The notes under the pieces: generated by a model
The model's database searches: none
Told to the model about the DNA's origin: nothing
What the model saw: only the letters and a program-made list of their open reading frames with translations
Translations under genes and position numbers: made by a program
From: Eledone cirrhosa
Taxonomy: Eukaryota
Reading direction: 5' to 3'
DNA length: 64,000 bases
NCBI GenBank assembly: GCA_964016885.1
Contig: OZ024747.1
Coordinates: forward strand, 31,496,001 to 31,560,000
Shown here: piece by piece, positions 1 through 16,899 of the stretch
Numbering within the stretch: the stretch's first letter is position 1
Layout: the number at the start of each line of letters is the position of its first letter

Positions 1-521
1 ATTGGAACTCACAATATATTTTGTGTAATATTTTGTATAATCTTTTTTTTTTTTCTATTCTTGTACATTATTGTAATGACTTAATCCCTGTAGAGTAATT
101 ATAATTGTTAGCTTTAATTAAAAGAACGATATGTAAGAGAAAATATGTAAAAACAACCAACAACAAATCAAAACAATATAAACAACAAGAGTAAAAAATA
201 GAGTATAAACAACAAGATTAAAAATAGTGGTTGTAAGTATTGTTGAAAGAGGACAGGGGGTTACATAACTGAATTTATGATGATTGGCTTTAGATGTTTA
301 AGAAATGATTGCTCCAGCAAAGCTTTATTACTGATTGTTTTAGTTCACTAAAATTAACAGAAACAATATAGTACCATACTACATTACATTGTTGAGTTTC
401 ATGCAACCTCTGTATTCTGAAATCCAATCCTTATTGGCTTGAGTGTAACTTTTAGCTCCTCACCACCTAGGATCATTATCATATGTACCAGTAATACACT
501 GATGTTAATAGCTTGATTAAT

Positions 522-706
522 AATTGTTTCTACTTTTGGCACAAGGCCTGCAATTACCCAGTACATTACTGGTACTTTATTTTAGCGACCCCGTAAGGAT
601 GAAATGCAAAGTTAACTTCGGCGGGATTTGAACTCAGAATGTAAAGGGACGTAACTATGCTGGAAAGCATGTTCGACCCTCTACCGATGCTGCCAATTCA
701 CCACCC
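522..706 (-). mobile_element. tRNA-derived SINE, family A
   Basis: Minus strand reads GGGTGGTGAATTGGCAGCATCGGTAG (A box) ... GAGTTCAAATCCCG (B box) ... CTTTGCATTTCATCCTTACGGGGTCG.TAAAATAAAGTACCAG ... AAAAGTAGAAACAATT; about 10 further copies in the window. Confidence 0.85.
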
Positions 707-1149
707 TAGCTTGATTAACAATAATACCATGATTGATCGACATGCAAAAGATATCAGCTAACTCTCCTGTGAATCACACCAACTCATCTTAAAAAGTGAA
801 TAAGGCATTGAATAAAATATTCTTTAATTATAATTTAAAAAAGATGAAATAGACACAACTTTGATTATGAGTCTATTTAATCAGGGCTCACTTAGGGTTA
901 AGCAACATGAACAGAAACAACAATAAAACGAGGGAGAAAACAGAAAGTGTGCCTAATGATACAGCAAATAAGCTGTGATAGGATATTAACCAAAATAATG
1001 ATATTAAAGAATTGGGTAGAAGCATGTCTGTGGTAAAGAAGTTAGTTGCCCTATAGGATAACAGGTTCAGACCTATGGTAAGTTTCTTTACCTTAGTTTC
1101 AAGCTGACAAATGACTTGTGAATAGACAATGGTAGAAAAAGTACTGAGT

Positions 1150-1410
1150 CCAACCTGTCAGTTGATTGTTTTGGTGTCATAACAAAAAGCGCCCAGTCCA
1201 CAGTGTAAAGTGGTTGTGTAGTGTCATGAAAAAAAAGCACCCTGTCCATGCTATAAATGGGGTTGATGTTAGGAAAGGCATCCAGCCACAGAAACCAGTC
1301 CTGTGTGAGTAACATATTATCATCTGATCTGACTTGTCTCACAGTGGGGAAACTCATCTAACCCATGCTATCGTGGAAAAATAAACATTAAACGAAGATG
1401 ATGACGATGA
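1150..1410 (+). mobile_element. RTE 3' UTR-type fragment (decayed LINE or SINE tail)
   Basis: AAAAAGCACCC..TCCA repeat units, GTTAGGAAAGGCATCCAGCC motif, ACCCATGCTATCGTGGAA and (GAT)n tail shared with the RTE copies. Confidence 0.7.
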
Positions 1411-3939
1411 AACTCTGCAGAGTGTGTGTGCATGTATGTCTGGATTTGTGAGTGTGTGTGCATGCATATGTGCGCATATGTTTAGGCATATGTATGTGTG
1501 GATATGCATTGTGTGTGTGTGTATGTGAGAGCATATATCTTTTCAAGATGTATATGAACAAACATATTACTATTAGCAAGTAAAGTGATAAACCAGTGTT
1601 TCTAAACAAAAAAATAACTTGTGGTATTTGTTCTGCCTAAGTTATATAGACACTCCCTTATCATTCTCACTAATTTTCCATGCAGTGAAGCTGTAATTGG
1701 CTTACTGGAAATCTGTAACCAACAAAGAATGCTATCAGTCTCAAAATGTGATACAAAATAAACACAAAAATATATATATAAATCAATAACTGGTAACCAT
1801 ATCGATGTTGCTACTGTGATTCTCATAAGTGATTTGGGAAGTGTCTAAATACAGTGGCTGTGCTTCATGAATTCTTTACAGAAGCTTTTCTTCTGGCTAA
1901 TCACCAGGCTTCTGATGCTAAGAGCAGAAAACTACAAATAAAGAATCATGCTAGAGCATAACTTAGTTTCTCTCATTAGGGCCCATAAGATTTGTTAGCT
2001 TTGCTATCGTTTCTAGAGAAGAGTCACATAACAGGCAAATGTTCAAATAAAAGAGAAAAATATATCTTGGTGTTATGGCTGAAAGGAAGAATGGAAAGCA
2101 GGTAAAATTTGATCTACACAATGCCAGTAGTATTGAATGAAAGAAAAGCTTGTATGCACGCATGAATATAATCATATTAATGTATAGACACACACACACG
2201 CATAAATATAATAATAAATGTATGTATGTAGTGTGCACGCAGGTTTGTGTGCTTATATATATATTTATATACAGAGAGAGAGAGAGAAAGTGGGGCAACA
2301 ATAAATAGATAGATAAGTAAATAGGTAGGTAGATAGATAGATAGATAGACATAGTGTATCCATTCTTAGAATAAATAAATAAAATATTCTATAGTTGATG
2401 ACTCTGGAGGTTAAAACAATTGTATTGATTCTGAGTAGAGCTTTGATGTTATAGGTATGGGAAGGAAGAGGTGGGCAAGGGTGAGATTGGGGTACATATT
2501 GAAAACTTGTCTGATGACATTGTTTGTTTACTTATTTTATGTGAAAGCAGTGAGATGGTGGGATGCAGGAGATTTACAAATTGGAAAACTGCCAATGAAA
2601 AGAAAGCCTGAACTATTCTGGATTAAGACAGAAGAAAGGTAAAAATAAAAACAATACATAAATAAATAAGTGCATGCCCTCTTACCACCACCATTACTAT
2701 CATCACTTCCACTACCACCACAACATCAACAACATTAACATCATCATCAATGACAACAGGAAAACAAATGTAAGGCAAAAAGTATAGAAGAAAATATTTA
2801 TAAATAAAGCAGCTGTTTGTGTGAAGAATCTAGGTAGACACAAATACTTAAAATCTGTTTCTCAACATAAGTTAAGCAAACAGAACAGTGGAAAATAACA
2901 CAGGTCAGACAGTAACCAGTTCAACTGAAACTAAATATGCATTTATATACCAAAAAGCTCAAAGTGAAAAATGGTCTATATCAAGGTGATCACTAATTAT
3001 TATACAGAATATTAGAATGTTCAACAGTTTGATAAATTCTGAAAAGTTCTCCTTGAATTATTTAAAGATTTAAATCTAAAAATGATGGTGGAAACAAATT
3101 TACACATCGTTAATTCTTTAAATATAACCTTAGATCTTAAAACATATAAATACTCATCATTTAAGAAACCAAAAGTAAAACTGAAGTACACAACTACTGC
3201 CTTAAATCATCCTCTGCCATCATTAATAATTCAGTGAAGAATGGTTATCCAGTGTTTTATTCAATAGATCTTCCTTCTACAAAGTAGCTACTTATAATGA
3301 AGTATTGAAATGAAAAACAAAGATGAAATAAAATAAAGCAAGCTTAAAGGTAAAAGATAAAAATGAGTTGTATAAATACTATTAATTCTCAGACATAAAA
3401 ATAGAAAGTGTAAAATCACTTGGTCTATTTCTTGTTTAGCCACAATGTAAGTAAGCATATCATTAAACAGTTTTTGTTTTTATACATTGGATAAACTCTT
3501 TCTGAGGAATCGTATGTATTATAAAATCTTTAATAAAAATAAGTTAAATTTAGGTTCAGCTGTATATTACTACAGAAACAGTAAAAATCTTAAACAACTA
3601 TCTATACCTAATACTTTTGATTATGCAACAGTATTAATACAGTAAACTGCCTGTTAAATAATTCATGTCTTTCAATTAATAATTTATAATAAAAAATGTA
3701 GTTAAAGCTCATATTTCCGTTTTCAAAGATTATATTGGATCAACAGAAAATGCATTTAAAGGATGATTGGGTGAGTATTCTTTAAGACATTTATAAAGAT
3801 CTTTGATTAATAAGTACCATATATATTTGAATATAAGCTGATCTGAATATAAACCAACTCCCCTATTTAATGTCTGAGAAATGGGCAAAATATTTTGGTC
3901 TCATATTGCTCAGATTATAACTGAGTATGTACTGTATAA

Positions 3940-4320
3940 TCATCATCATCATCATTTTACGTCCGCTTTTCCCTGCTTGTAAGGACGGGAACTGATTCTG
4001 GCTTGATTTCTACAGCTGGATGCCCTTCCTAACACCAATCTCATTTACAGTGAGTGCTGGGTGCTTTTTTTCCGTGGCACCTACACGTCCACTTTACAGT
4101 GTGGGCTGGGTGCTTTTTTGCCATAGCACATATACAACCACTTTGCAATGGAATGATAGGGACCCCAGTCCTATCATCTCATTTCTACAGCTAAGTAAAC
4201 TGGAGCAATGTGAAATAAAGTGTCTTGCTCAAGGAAACAACACATCACCCAGTCTAAGAATTGAACTCACAACATTTCGATTGCAAGGCCAATGCTCTAA
4301 CCACTAAGCCATGTGCCCCC
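3940..4320 (-). mobile_element. tRNA-head SINE (family B head) with RTE-derived 3' tail
   Basis: Minus strand: TGGCTTAGTGG (A box), GAGTTCAATTC (B box), CTTGAGCAAGACACTTTATTTCACATTGCTCCAG core, then RTE 3' UTR units, GGAAGGGCATCCAGCTGTAG and a GCGGACGTAAAATGATGATG tail; second copy at 34545-34865. Confidence 0.8.
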
Positions 4321-7300
4321 ATATCAAAATATTTATATGGTATTTGAGAAATAACAAGGTTATAAAATTATTTGAGATATATTGCAGCACACTAAATATA
4401 TTTGTATGAATGTATAACTGCCATGTATGTTTAGATATAAAAGTAAGGAACTAAATTATTAGTTGTACTGAAAATGTATCTTGGTAATCTTTTGAATGAT
4501 TACTTCCTGGTGAATAAGATTTGAAGTGATATGGAGAAGCAAAAAGTAATCTAGGTGCATAATCCATTATAACCTAAACCAACATAAAAAAATAGATTTA
4601 AGATAACAAAAAAACGAGTTTGGATTATAGTCAGAAATTACCATGGTTTTGCATTTAGAAAGTTCCCCTCCAAGGTGTCAAGGTGTGTTTGTGGAAGACC
4701 AACAGTTGTCAATGTATACCAATCTTCTCTTGCCACACCACCGATGCTATCCAAGGGAATGGCAACAGCTGATACAGCTTGATACCAGTGACATCACACT
4801 TCATTTTTACAGCAGAGTGAACTGGAGCAACATAAAGTGTTCAAGAACACAAAGCACTGCCCCTGTCCAGGAATCAAATTCACAACCTTACGATTGTGAG
4901 CTCAATGCTCTAACCACTAAGCCACATGCTTTTGAGTTAGGATGTATTAGCAATTATTAAAATAGGTAAACCATACGCCATATCGTTGCATGTTGTAAAA
5001 GGCGACTTATAAAGGTTGGTGTTTGGAAGGGTATTTGACTTTAAAACATTATCTCAAACATCTTCTCAAACTATGCCAGCAAGGATAAATGGAGGTAAAA
5101 AAGATGATGATGAGGATGAAATCTCATTTATCAAATGTGAAGTATATATAAGATACAGGAAAAATATTATGTAAACAGTGAAAACGTATATATTTGCTGG
5201 TAAACACCATACAATGCAATGTAATATTTGTTTCAGCACTCTGGACAACACCCAAAATTCAAATCCCCAAAGACAAACTTTGACGTACATGTTTTTTTTA
5301 GATTGATAAATAAAGTACAAGCCCAATACTGGTGCAAACCATTCTCTCTCTCTCCCCCAAACTGTCACATCATGAATGCTCCAGTAAATCAAGTTTGAGA
5401 TTGTTAAGAGGCTGGTTGTGCCCACACTCCACCTATAATTACATGGACACATAAAGCTACTTATGAATGTACGGTGCATGCTATCAAGTCATCCACAATT
5501 GGAAGTGATTGCTGATGGTTTATTTTTCTTCTAGTATATATAAACATTTATTTCCCAGGTTAACCAAACCTTTATAAATTATGTTTACAATGAATTCTGG
5601 CAACTGCTTATGTCAGTTGACTGTCATATATTGTTTAGATGTGTTCTGCATGATACAGGAAAGAAACTGAAATCAACAGAGAAAGAAAGAATGTTGCCTA
5701 AAGGGTTTCACTGTTTCATTTTCCTTTCAACATTCCAATATTTATAATTCCTTATATCTTAATACCTACAGAAAGAGAATGTCTGTATTTCTTAATGATT
5801 TCTTTAGAGTATTGAATAGAATGTCTTGGAGTATTTCTTCTGGCTCTCTCTACTCTGATGTCAAATCTCACTGAGGTCAGCTTTGCCTTTCATCTTTCCA
5901 GGAGAGATGAATAAAATACCAATCATGTTTTGGGATTGATTCTTCTCTCTCCCCCTCTCTCTCTCTGTTTTTTTCTCTCTTCTGCAGAAATGGCTATGCT
6001 GCACATGAGAAAGGGTGTGAGGGGCCATTGACAGAATCCCTTTTTTCCAGAAATAGAGAAAATATGGAATGAAGAGCTAGCATCATCCTCTCAAAAGGAA
6101 AATTGATACTTCTATTGGAATCAACCAAGGATGAACTGATATACAATTCTCTATGGAATGGAAATAAAAGAAAAGAAAGAAAGATGGTATAAAACCAATA
6201 ATTGAAGAGAGTGGGAATAGATAATCAATAAAATCAACCTCAATATTTAACTGTTACATACATATAAAGGGATAAAAGGTGCATTTCATCTTGACAGGAT
6301 TTTAAACTTGCAAGCTAACAAGATGAAACAAAATACAATTTTAATACATTTAGTTTGGAATTCTTCCATCTCGACTCTCAACACTCTTCTATTAAATTCC
6401 TTTCATTTTCAGTAACAAAATTGTACATATTTTAGATTTTATTTTTGAAATTGGTTTTTTGTTTAAATGTTAGAAATATAGAAAAAAAATTCGATATTGT
6501 TTTTTTTTTTGTTTTTTGTGCTGTTCTTTGTTCAGTTGATTAACAATTTTTAAGAGCTTATAGATCATATAACTCTGATTGAAAGTTTCAAGGACCTTAA
6601 TTTTCCAATAACAGAATTGCATATGCTGACACCGCTTGTTAATATATAGATTCCTTCTTCAAAGTTTCTCATCAAAGTCAATCTGATTTGACATAAGCTT
6701 TGATTTTGGTGATATAATAAGACCTAATGAATTCTATGTAAATTGGCCACATTGAAATTTTGTTTATAGTCTGTGCCATGAGCTTACAGGAGAACAGCTC
6801 TGAAAGAAAACCCTGCTATAAGAGAATTCAATTAGATCTTAGAAAGCTAGGATTAACAAAAGATGAAATAGAGAAGGAGAAGAACATAGGAAATGAAAGA
6901 AAGAGAAAAATGGTGATGTTGCCAACCAACACCACAACCACTAACACTAGCACTACCATCAAAAACACAACTACCACTAACAAAATCACAAGCACTACCA
7001 ACACCACCACCACCACCACCAACATGAGTATCAATACAACTATAACAAATACCACTGTCACTGCCACAATAAGTCATCATCATCATAATTATTTAACAAT
7101 GAGGTAATCTTTTTTCTTCTTAAGTCTTAGATTTTCTTTACTGCTGCTATCACCCACTACATAACAGTTGATAAAAGACTAAATGATATTTTGAGACAAG
7201 AAATTCTTTAATAATTGAGAGAGAGGCGGGGATAATGTGTGATATAGAGAGAGAAGAGAGGATATTGAGAGAGAGAGTGAGATGATAATGTGTGAGAGAG

Positions 7301-7326
7301 TGAGAGAAATAAAGATTAAAAGAGCT

Positions 7327-7391
<65 letters not shown>

Positions 7392-7634
7392 CATGTCCTT
7401 ACAAATGTTAAGAGTCTGCATTATCTAGATTCTAGAAGAATGATTATTGAAAAAAAACCTTCAAAAGGCTACAAAGTTGTAATGTTTCTGTGATGATTCA
7501 TACATGCATTAACGTAGACATTAAAGGATTGTTTTTTTTTAATGAATTCTTCTTCAGAAACAAAAAAAAAGGTTGCTTTTATGCCGAGGCAGATGGGTGG
7601 ATGGAGAAATGGAGAAATATTACTAACATACTTT

Positions 7635-8390
7635 TCTCAGCACAATCCCAGTCCACCTTGTAAGGTGTTCATATGGAAGCCATAATAAAAAGCACCCAGT
7701 ATGGTGGTAGTATTAATGCCATGAAAAAAGCACCCAGTCCAACATATAAGGTGGTCGTAATGGTATAACAACAAACGCACTAAGACCACCCTATACTGTA
7801 TCATGGTTGCCATGACAAAAAACATCCAGTTTACTTTGTAAGAGGGTCATGTTGGTGCCATGAAAAATATCACCAGCTCCACCATGTAAGCTGGTCATAC
7901 TGATGCCATGATGAAAAGCAGCCAGTCTACCCGTAGGTATGGTAGTAATAATGGTGTCATGAAAAAAAGGAAACAGTCTACACTGTTAGGTGGTTGTATT
8001 GTGGCACAACAAAAAGTACCAAGTCCACCCTGTGTGGTGGTCATTCTTATGCCCTGGCACAAAGCACCCAGTCTACCCTGTATTGTGGTACTATTGGTGC
8101 CATAAAAAAGTACCCAGTCCAACATGTAAGGTATCACAACAAAAAGCACCAAGTCTACCCTGCATGATGGTTGGCATTAGGAAGGGCATCCAACCATAGA
8201 AAACCAAGCGAAAGTGAAATAAAGGGGCAAGTCATGGTCACCCAACCTGTCTAAGCTTCATAACACGACAGCCCGTCAAACCCATAAAAGCATGGAAAAC
8301 AGAAGTTAAACTATGTGATGATGACAATGATCATGATGATGATGATGACAATGATCATGATGATGTTTAGAATGCCAATGATGATGATGA
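7635..8390 (+). repeat. Tandem array (about 11-12 units of about 45 bp) of the RTE 3' UTR module, ending in an RTE tail
   Basis: Repeated GTGCCATGAAAAAAGCACCCAGTCCACC.TGTAAGGTGG units, then GTTGGCATTAGGAAGGGCATCC and a (GAT)n-like tail. Confidence 0.75.
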
Positions 8391-8891
8391 TATGCACTGA
8401 AGTCATATCAATGCACGGCTTTTTTCAATAGTGCCATGTCTTTTATAATGGTTAAACTTACAAAGAAAGGAATATCATTGTTGCATCATATAAACTGGAA
8501 TAAAGATGATTACATGAAATCAAAGACAAGTGAGCACCATCATTTGATGACATTCTCCTGTATTCTTGAGAACAGAAACATTTTTTTTCTCCATAGAAAA
8601 ACAATTCTTGGCAATATTAAAGATATATTTCTTCCACTGGTTTTATTTTTATTTGTTTAGGTTTTTGTTTCATTGTTTTATTCTTATAATATAATATTCT
8701 TCCTGTATTTTCCATAACTTAATATGAAAGAAAACCAACGATTTCTACATCAATTTTCTATATCATTTAAGTAAATCTTTGATATTTATTTCAAACTCTC
8801 AAATATGATTCGATGTAGGTTACTTACACCTTTAACATAAAAGCATTCACTATATACATATGTATATATATATATGTATGAATATATATAT

Positions 8892-9806
8892 ATTACAGTA
8901 GCTAGAGTCAGAACGGGATGGAAAAAGTTCAGAGAGCTTATACCACTATTGGCCGCTAAAGGGTTCTCTCTAAAAATGAAAGGCAGGCTGTATGATGCCT
9001 GCATACGAACAGCAATGTTACATGGCAGTGAGACTTGGGCATTGTGTGCAGAGGATATACGCAGACTGGAGAGAAACGAAGCTTGCATGCTCCGCTGGAT
9101 GTGTAATAGTAATATACGTGAATGGCAAAGCATAAACGAACTAAGGGAGAAATTAGGAATAAGAGAGATCAGATGTTGTTTACTCGAGAGAAGACTACGT
9201 TGGTATGGTCACGTGATGTGCATGAAAGACGACAGCTGTATAAAAAAGTGCAGGGTCATAAAAATAGACGGTAGCCATGGAGTAGGCAGACCCAGAAAAA
9301 CCTGGGACTTGATAAATTCCGACCTCACACACTTACACCTCTCCAAGACAATGTCACTGTACCGAGATCTTTGGCGCTACACAGTCATACAGAAGACCTG
9401 CCTTGCCTAAGTACAAAGCGAAACCTACAGTCAGTAGGCACCTCTAACAAAATACACCCCACCCCCGTCCCACTACCCCACCCCATCCACACCACCCCCT
9501 TAAATGTGAAGTTATGTTGGTACCACAACATCCAGTCCGAAACAAATGAGGTCGTGTAGGTGTCACGACAAAAAAACACACAGTACACGCTGTAATGTGG
9601 CCGTGTAGGTAACACGGTAAAAACCTCCCAGTCCACACTGTAAACGTGGTTGGTGTTAGGAAGGGCATCCAGCCGTAGAAAACCCGCCAGACAGTCCTAT
9701 ATGAGCAGGACAACAAATCTTGCCTCAAGTGGGAAACCTCCCATCCAAACCCATGCAAGCGTGGAAGATGGACGTTAAACGATGATGATGATGATGATGA
9801 TGATGA
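8892..9806 (+). mobile_element. 5'-truncated RTE-clade LINE (C-terminal ORF, 3' UTR, (GAT)n)
   Basis: ORF 8874-9410 has GWKKFREL..LY.ACIRTAMLHGSETW..RRLRWYGHV..GRPRKTW motifs; GAT tail; flanked by (TA)n. Confidence 0.9.
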
Positions 9807-10599
9807 TATATATATATATATATGTATATCATACCAACATGGAACATCAGACGTAAAATGATGATATACATATAATATATATATATAGATATAGATATAT
9901 TGATTTTCGAGACTCCAAATCAACATTCATTGTATTACATCAAGATATCACGGAAAGTAAGAGAGTATATATAATGTGAAAATAAAAGTGAAAATTAAAA
10001 AAATAAAAACTACACAGATAGAAACAAAATATGCAGACATATCAAGTCAGATGTATAGTCAAATGTATACATATAATAACTAACAGAGTGAAATTATGCA
10101 ATAACTCTATGTTTTATGTCTTATTTATATTTATTTTCTGAAGCTAGTCATATAATGTAATATAAGGCAAATAACCAGATATAAATGCCTTGTTGGAAAT
10201 TGATGCATTATGGATAACATTGTCAGGAAATAGTGTACTCAAAGTTAAATTAAAACAAGTGGTTGGAGATTTGGGGAAAAAAAAAATATTTCAATATGTA
10301 TTTTATAAAGAAATCTTTGAAAATATTCATGCTACACATTATGAATAGTTAAAAAAAAAAAAGAGAGACAGAATGAACAAAATTTGAGAACATTGGAAAA
10401 TACATGTGAATGGATGTTTGTTGTATTTCAATAATATACTCATATGAACTTTTATTGTACACATGTATGTATATAAGTGTGTGCATATATATATATATAT
10501 AAATGTAATCTGAGTTTTTCGAATATTAATAATAACATTCGATTCGTTTGCAATTATACAAACAAACCTCATTTTTAAAGCCATGTCAGTAGAATGAAC

Positions 10600-13087
<2,488 letters not shown>

Positions 13088-13088
<1 letters not shown>

Positions 13089-13700
13089 ATGGTTGCTAGA
13101 CACTACGGCTTAATACGGGATGTTCGTTTACAAACACACCGAGCATTATAATAAATGTTTGGTGAATCGATACGTACATATATACATGTGTGCATGTATG
13201 TATATATATATACATACTACTGTACATCTGTATACATATATGTATCTACGTATACATACTTATATTTAAGTAACAGCTGTACTAAGAGTGGGAAATGAAA
13301 TTTCGTTTCATTTTTTCCATTTATCGTTTTCGGTGCACCCGGCCGATTAACCCACTCAATATGCAAATTAGGCTGCTCAGCCGTTAATATGCATAAGGAA
13401 AGTATATACTTTCAGACGTTCAATCATCTGGCAGGAAGGTATACGTTGCTGACGATAGCTAATAAGCTTGAAACTAGTACAGCGTTCCTTTGTCAGTGTT
13501 GAACAAACGAGCAACGATGGTTGCTAGACACTACGGCTTAATACGGGATGTTTGTTTACAAATACACCGAGCATTATAATAAATGTTTGGTAAATCCATA
13601 CGTACATATATATATGTGTGCATGTATGTATATATATATACATACTACAGTACGTCTGTATACATATATGTATGTACGTATACATACTTATATATATATA
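13088..13700 (+). mobile_element. Short non-coding PLE/retrozyme-like element with partial tandem (pseudo-LTR) repeat
   Basis: ATGGTTGCTAGACACTACGGCTTAATACGGG... occurs at 13088 and again at 13517 (about 170 bp direct repeat), with a hammerhead motif between the copies. Confidence 0.7.
13444..13484 (+). ncRNA. Minimal type I hammerhead ribozyme
   Basis: CGTTG-CTGACGA-T-AGCT(AATA)AGCT-T-GAAA-CTAG-TA-CAGCG: intact core, stems I and II pair, palindromic stem III ACTAGT, GUA triplet. Confidence 0.8.
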
Positions 13701-13755
13701 TATATATATACATCTATATATAAGTATATATATATATATATATGTATATACATAC

Positions 13756-13790
<35 letters not shown>

Positions 13791-13830
13791 TGTAGAATAA
13801 TTTCTATACTTTTCATTTATATATATATAT

Positions 13831-14699
13831 AAGAGGACAAAACCCTGATTCTGTCAGGGAAATGGCCATGTTCGATATGCAGAAAAGGAACTGGCATAAA
13901 TTCTATAAAATGCACACAATGCAGATCCTGGGTACACAAGAGATGTAGTGGGATAGCAGGCAAACTAACAGGTAGGGAGAAATATGTATGCAGTAGATGT
14001 ACAGGGAAATTAGACAGTAGAAGTCGCACTGATAGACACATTTTTCAAATGCAAGAGGGCGCTATAGAAGTGGTGGATAGCTTCCGGTACCTAGGAGATC
14101 AGATTAGCATGGGAGGAGGGTGTTCCGAGGCCATAGTATCTAGAATAAGGACGAGTTGGAAGAAGTTTAGGGAGCTGCTTCCTCTGTTGACGAAGAAGGG
14201 TTTCTCCCTGCGTACGAAAGGCCGGTTGTATGATGCCTGTGTGAGGAGCGCGATGCTGCATGGTAGTGAGACATGGGCAGCAACTGCAGAGGATATGCGA
14301 CGGCTGGAGAGAAATGAGGCAAGCATGCTCCATTGGATGTGCAGTGTAAATGTGCGTGAACGACCCAGCATAAATGTGTTGAGAGAGAAACTGTGTCTGA
14401 GAGGGATAGAATGTAGTGTACGGGAGAGGAGACTGAGGTGGTATGGACATGTGATGCGCATGGAGGATGACCGATGGGTGAAGAAGTGCCAGGAATTGCC
14501 AGTTGAAGGAAGACGTGGTAGAGGTAGACCACGAAAAACATGGGCGGAGGTGGTGAGAACAGATCTCAGATCATTGAAGCTCACGGTGGAAATGACGAGG
14601 GACCGTGACGAGTGAAGAGATGCTGTGCTAAATAAAACCCGTCCCACCCTTGCAAGCAGGGAAAAGCGGACGTAAAATGATGATGATGATGATGATGAT
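13831..14699 (+). mobile_element. 5'-truncated RTE LINE (second subfamily) including a PHD-like finger
   Basis: Translates as SGKWPCSICRKGTGINSIKCTQCRSWVHKRCSG..YVCSRC, then ORF 14049-14615 (VVDSFRYLG..GSETW..GRPRKTW); (GAT)n tail. Confidence 0.9.
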
Positions 14700-14821
14700 A
14701 TATATATATATACATATGTATGTAAAAGGTAAACAGAAATAACAACACAATCGGTACAGTATATGGAAGGTATATATTAACTTAATGCTTGATATACATA
14801 TATATATATATATGTATATAC

Positions 14822-14862
<41 letters not shown>

Positions 14863-15761
14863 TATATAAATATACATATTTATATAGTAATAATAATAAA
14901 TTTGAAGACTAAAATCCAAAGAGGGCTCGATAAATATATATCAAATATATAAGAACCATAGAGCAAATATTTATTAAAATAACAGATTAAAGTTTAAGCA
15001 ACATCATGTATAGATCTTGATTGAAAACATTGTTTCCATTGTTCTTTCCCTTTCTGATACTATCTACTGGTCGCAACTTCTGGCAGAAGGAGTAATCTGA
15101 AATAAAGTGTCTTGTTCAACGACATAATGCATTGCCTTGTCCAATAATTGAACATGCAAATTGCAAATCCAATTCTCTAAGCACAAAGCAATGTGACTAA
15201 ATAAACTTTTAAAATAGAAACTGTATTTATTTATTGAGCCCAAGATTTTGTAAAGGTTGCAAGAGATGCTGGTAGAACTTACTGAATCAATATTAAACCT
15301 TAAAATGTTTTTGATCTGAGATCTCACAGAGAGAATATTTTCTGTTTTGTTTTTCCTTTGAAGATCAAACAGGTTTGAAAAGAAGATGGTTTGTTAGGGG
15401 GAAAGAAAGAAGAGAGAAATAAAGGAAGAAGAAAAAGGAAGACAGGTAAAAAAAGGGTTAGGAGGAGAAAGATATGACAAAGAACCAGAGTGAGCAAAAA
15501 AAGAAGTGAAGTGCTAAACTATGAGAGGGACAGAATAGGAAGATGAGAGAATAAATAGCAAGAGAAAAGGTGAGAGAGTCTTTATCGTTTGTCCTAAGCT
15601 CTGAATAGAAGAGATAGGAAGAGAGACTGAAGAAAAAAATGGAAAAATGGTTGTGTAAAGAGATTGTGTGCAACAAAGAGGCACAAAGAGAAAATCATTG
15701 AGAAATATTTTGATAAATTTATGCTCAGATATATTAATGGATATAATAGATATGTTATGTA

Positions 15762-16290
<529 letters not shown>

Positions 16291-16899
16291 ACACACACAT
16301 ATATGTGTATACAAAGATAAGAGGTAAGATTAATGAAGATATAAAGCTACAAAGAAAAAATAATTTTAATGTAGGACAACAAATAATATTTGAAATATAT
16401 TGATAACAATAATATCAAAGATATTTTGATAACAATGATATAAAAGAGATATCACCATAGGTAACAGTGATATAAAAATTGCCATTGATGCCAGTAATGT
16501 AATATCATAACAGAGATAACATTAAAAATCTAGAACAGACAATATTTGTTCAAAATCCACACAATATTGGCTGTAGATAATTTCTATTAGAAATGGATAA
16601 AATACCAAGATATTCACCTAAATGATGATATTAACAGATTTAAGCTTTAAGACTGCTGCCATGCTATTGTTGTTGTAGTTGTTTAGCTGCAGGTCAGCCC
16701 TGATCAAAGTATTTTTAGCTGTGTTTATATAGTCTCTTCTGTTTTCATATATGATTATGATATGGATGCACATAACCATAAGGTTAAGGAGTGTGTTTTA
16801 CAAGGAAAAGTTTTGGTGCAACTCCATGGCATACTAGGCAAATGCCCTAGTATAACTCCAAGACATTTATGCCTGTTTATTTTGTTTTCAATACCTCTA

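Noticed and set aside
522-706. Genuine tRNA genes at SINE heads
   Set aside because: A and B boxes are present but there is no cloverleaf, and the heads are fused to repeated SINE bodies
7635-8200. CRISPR-like repeat-spacer appearance
   Set aside because: Units are degenerate tandem copies of an RTE UTR module; eukaryotic context, no cas genes, no unique spacers
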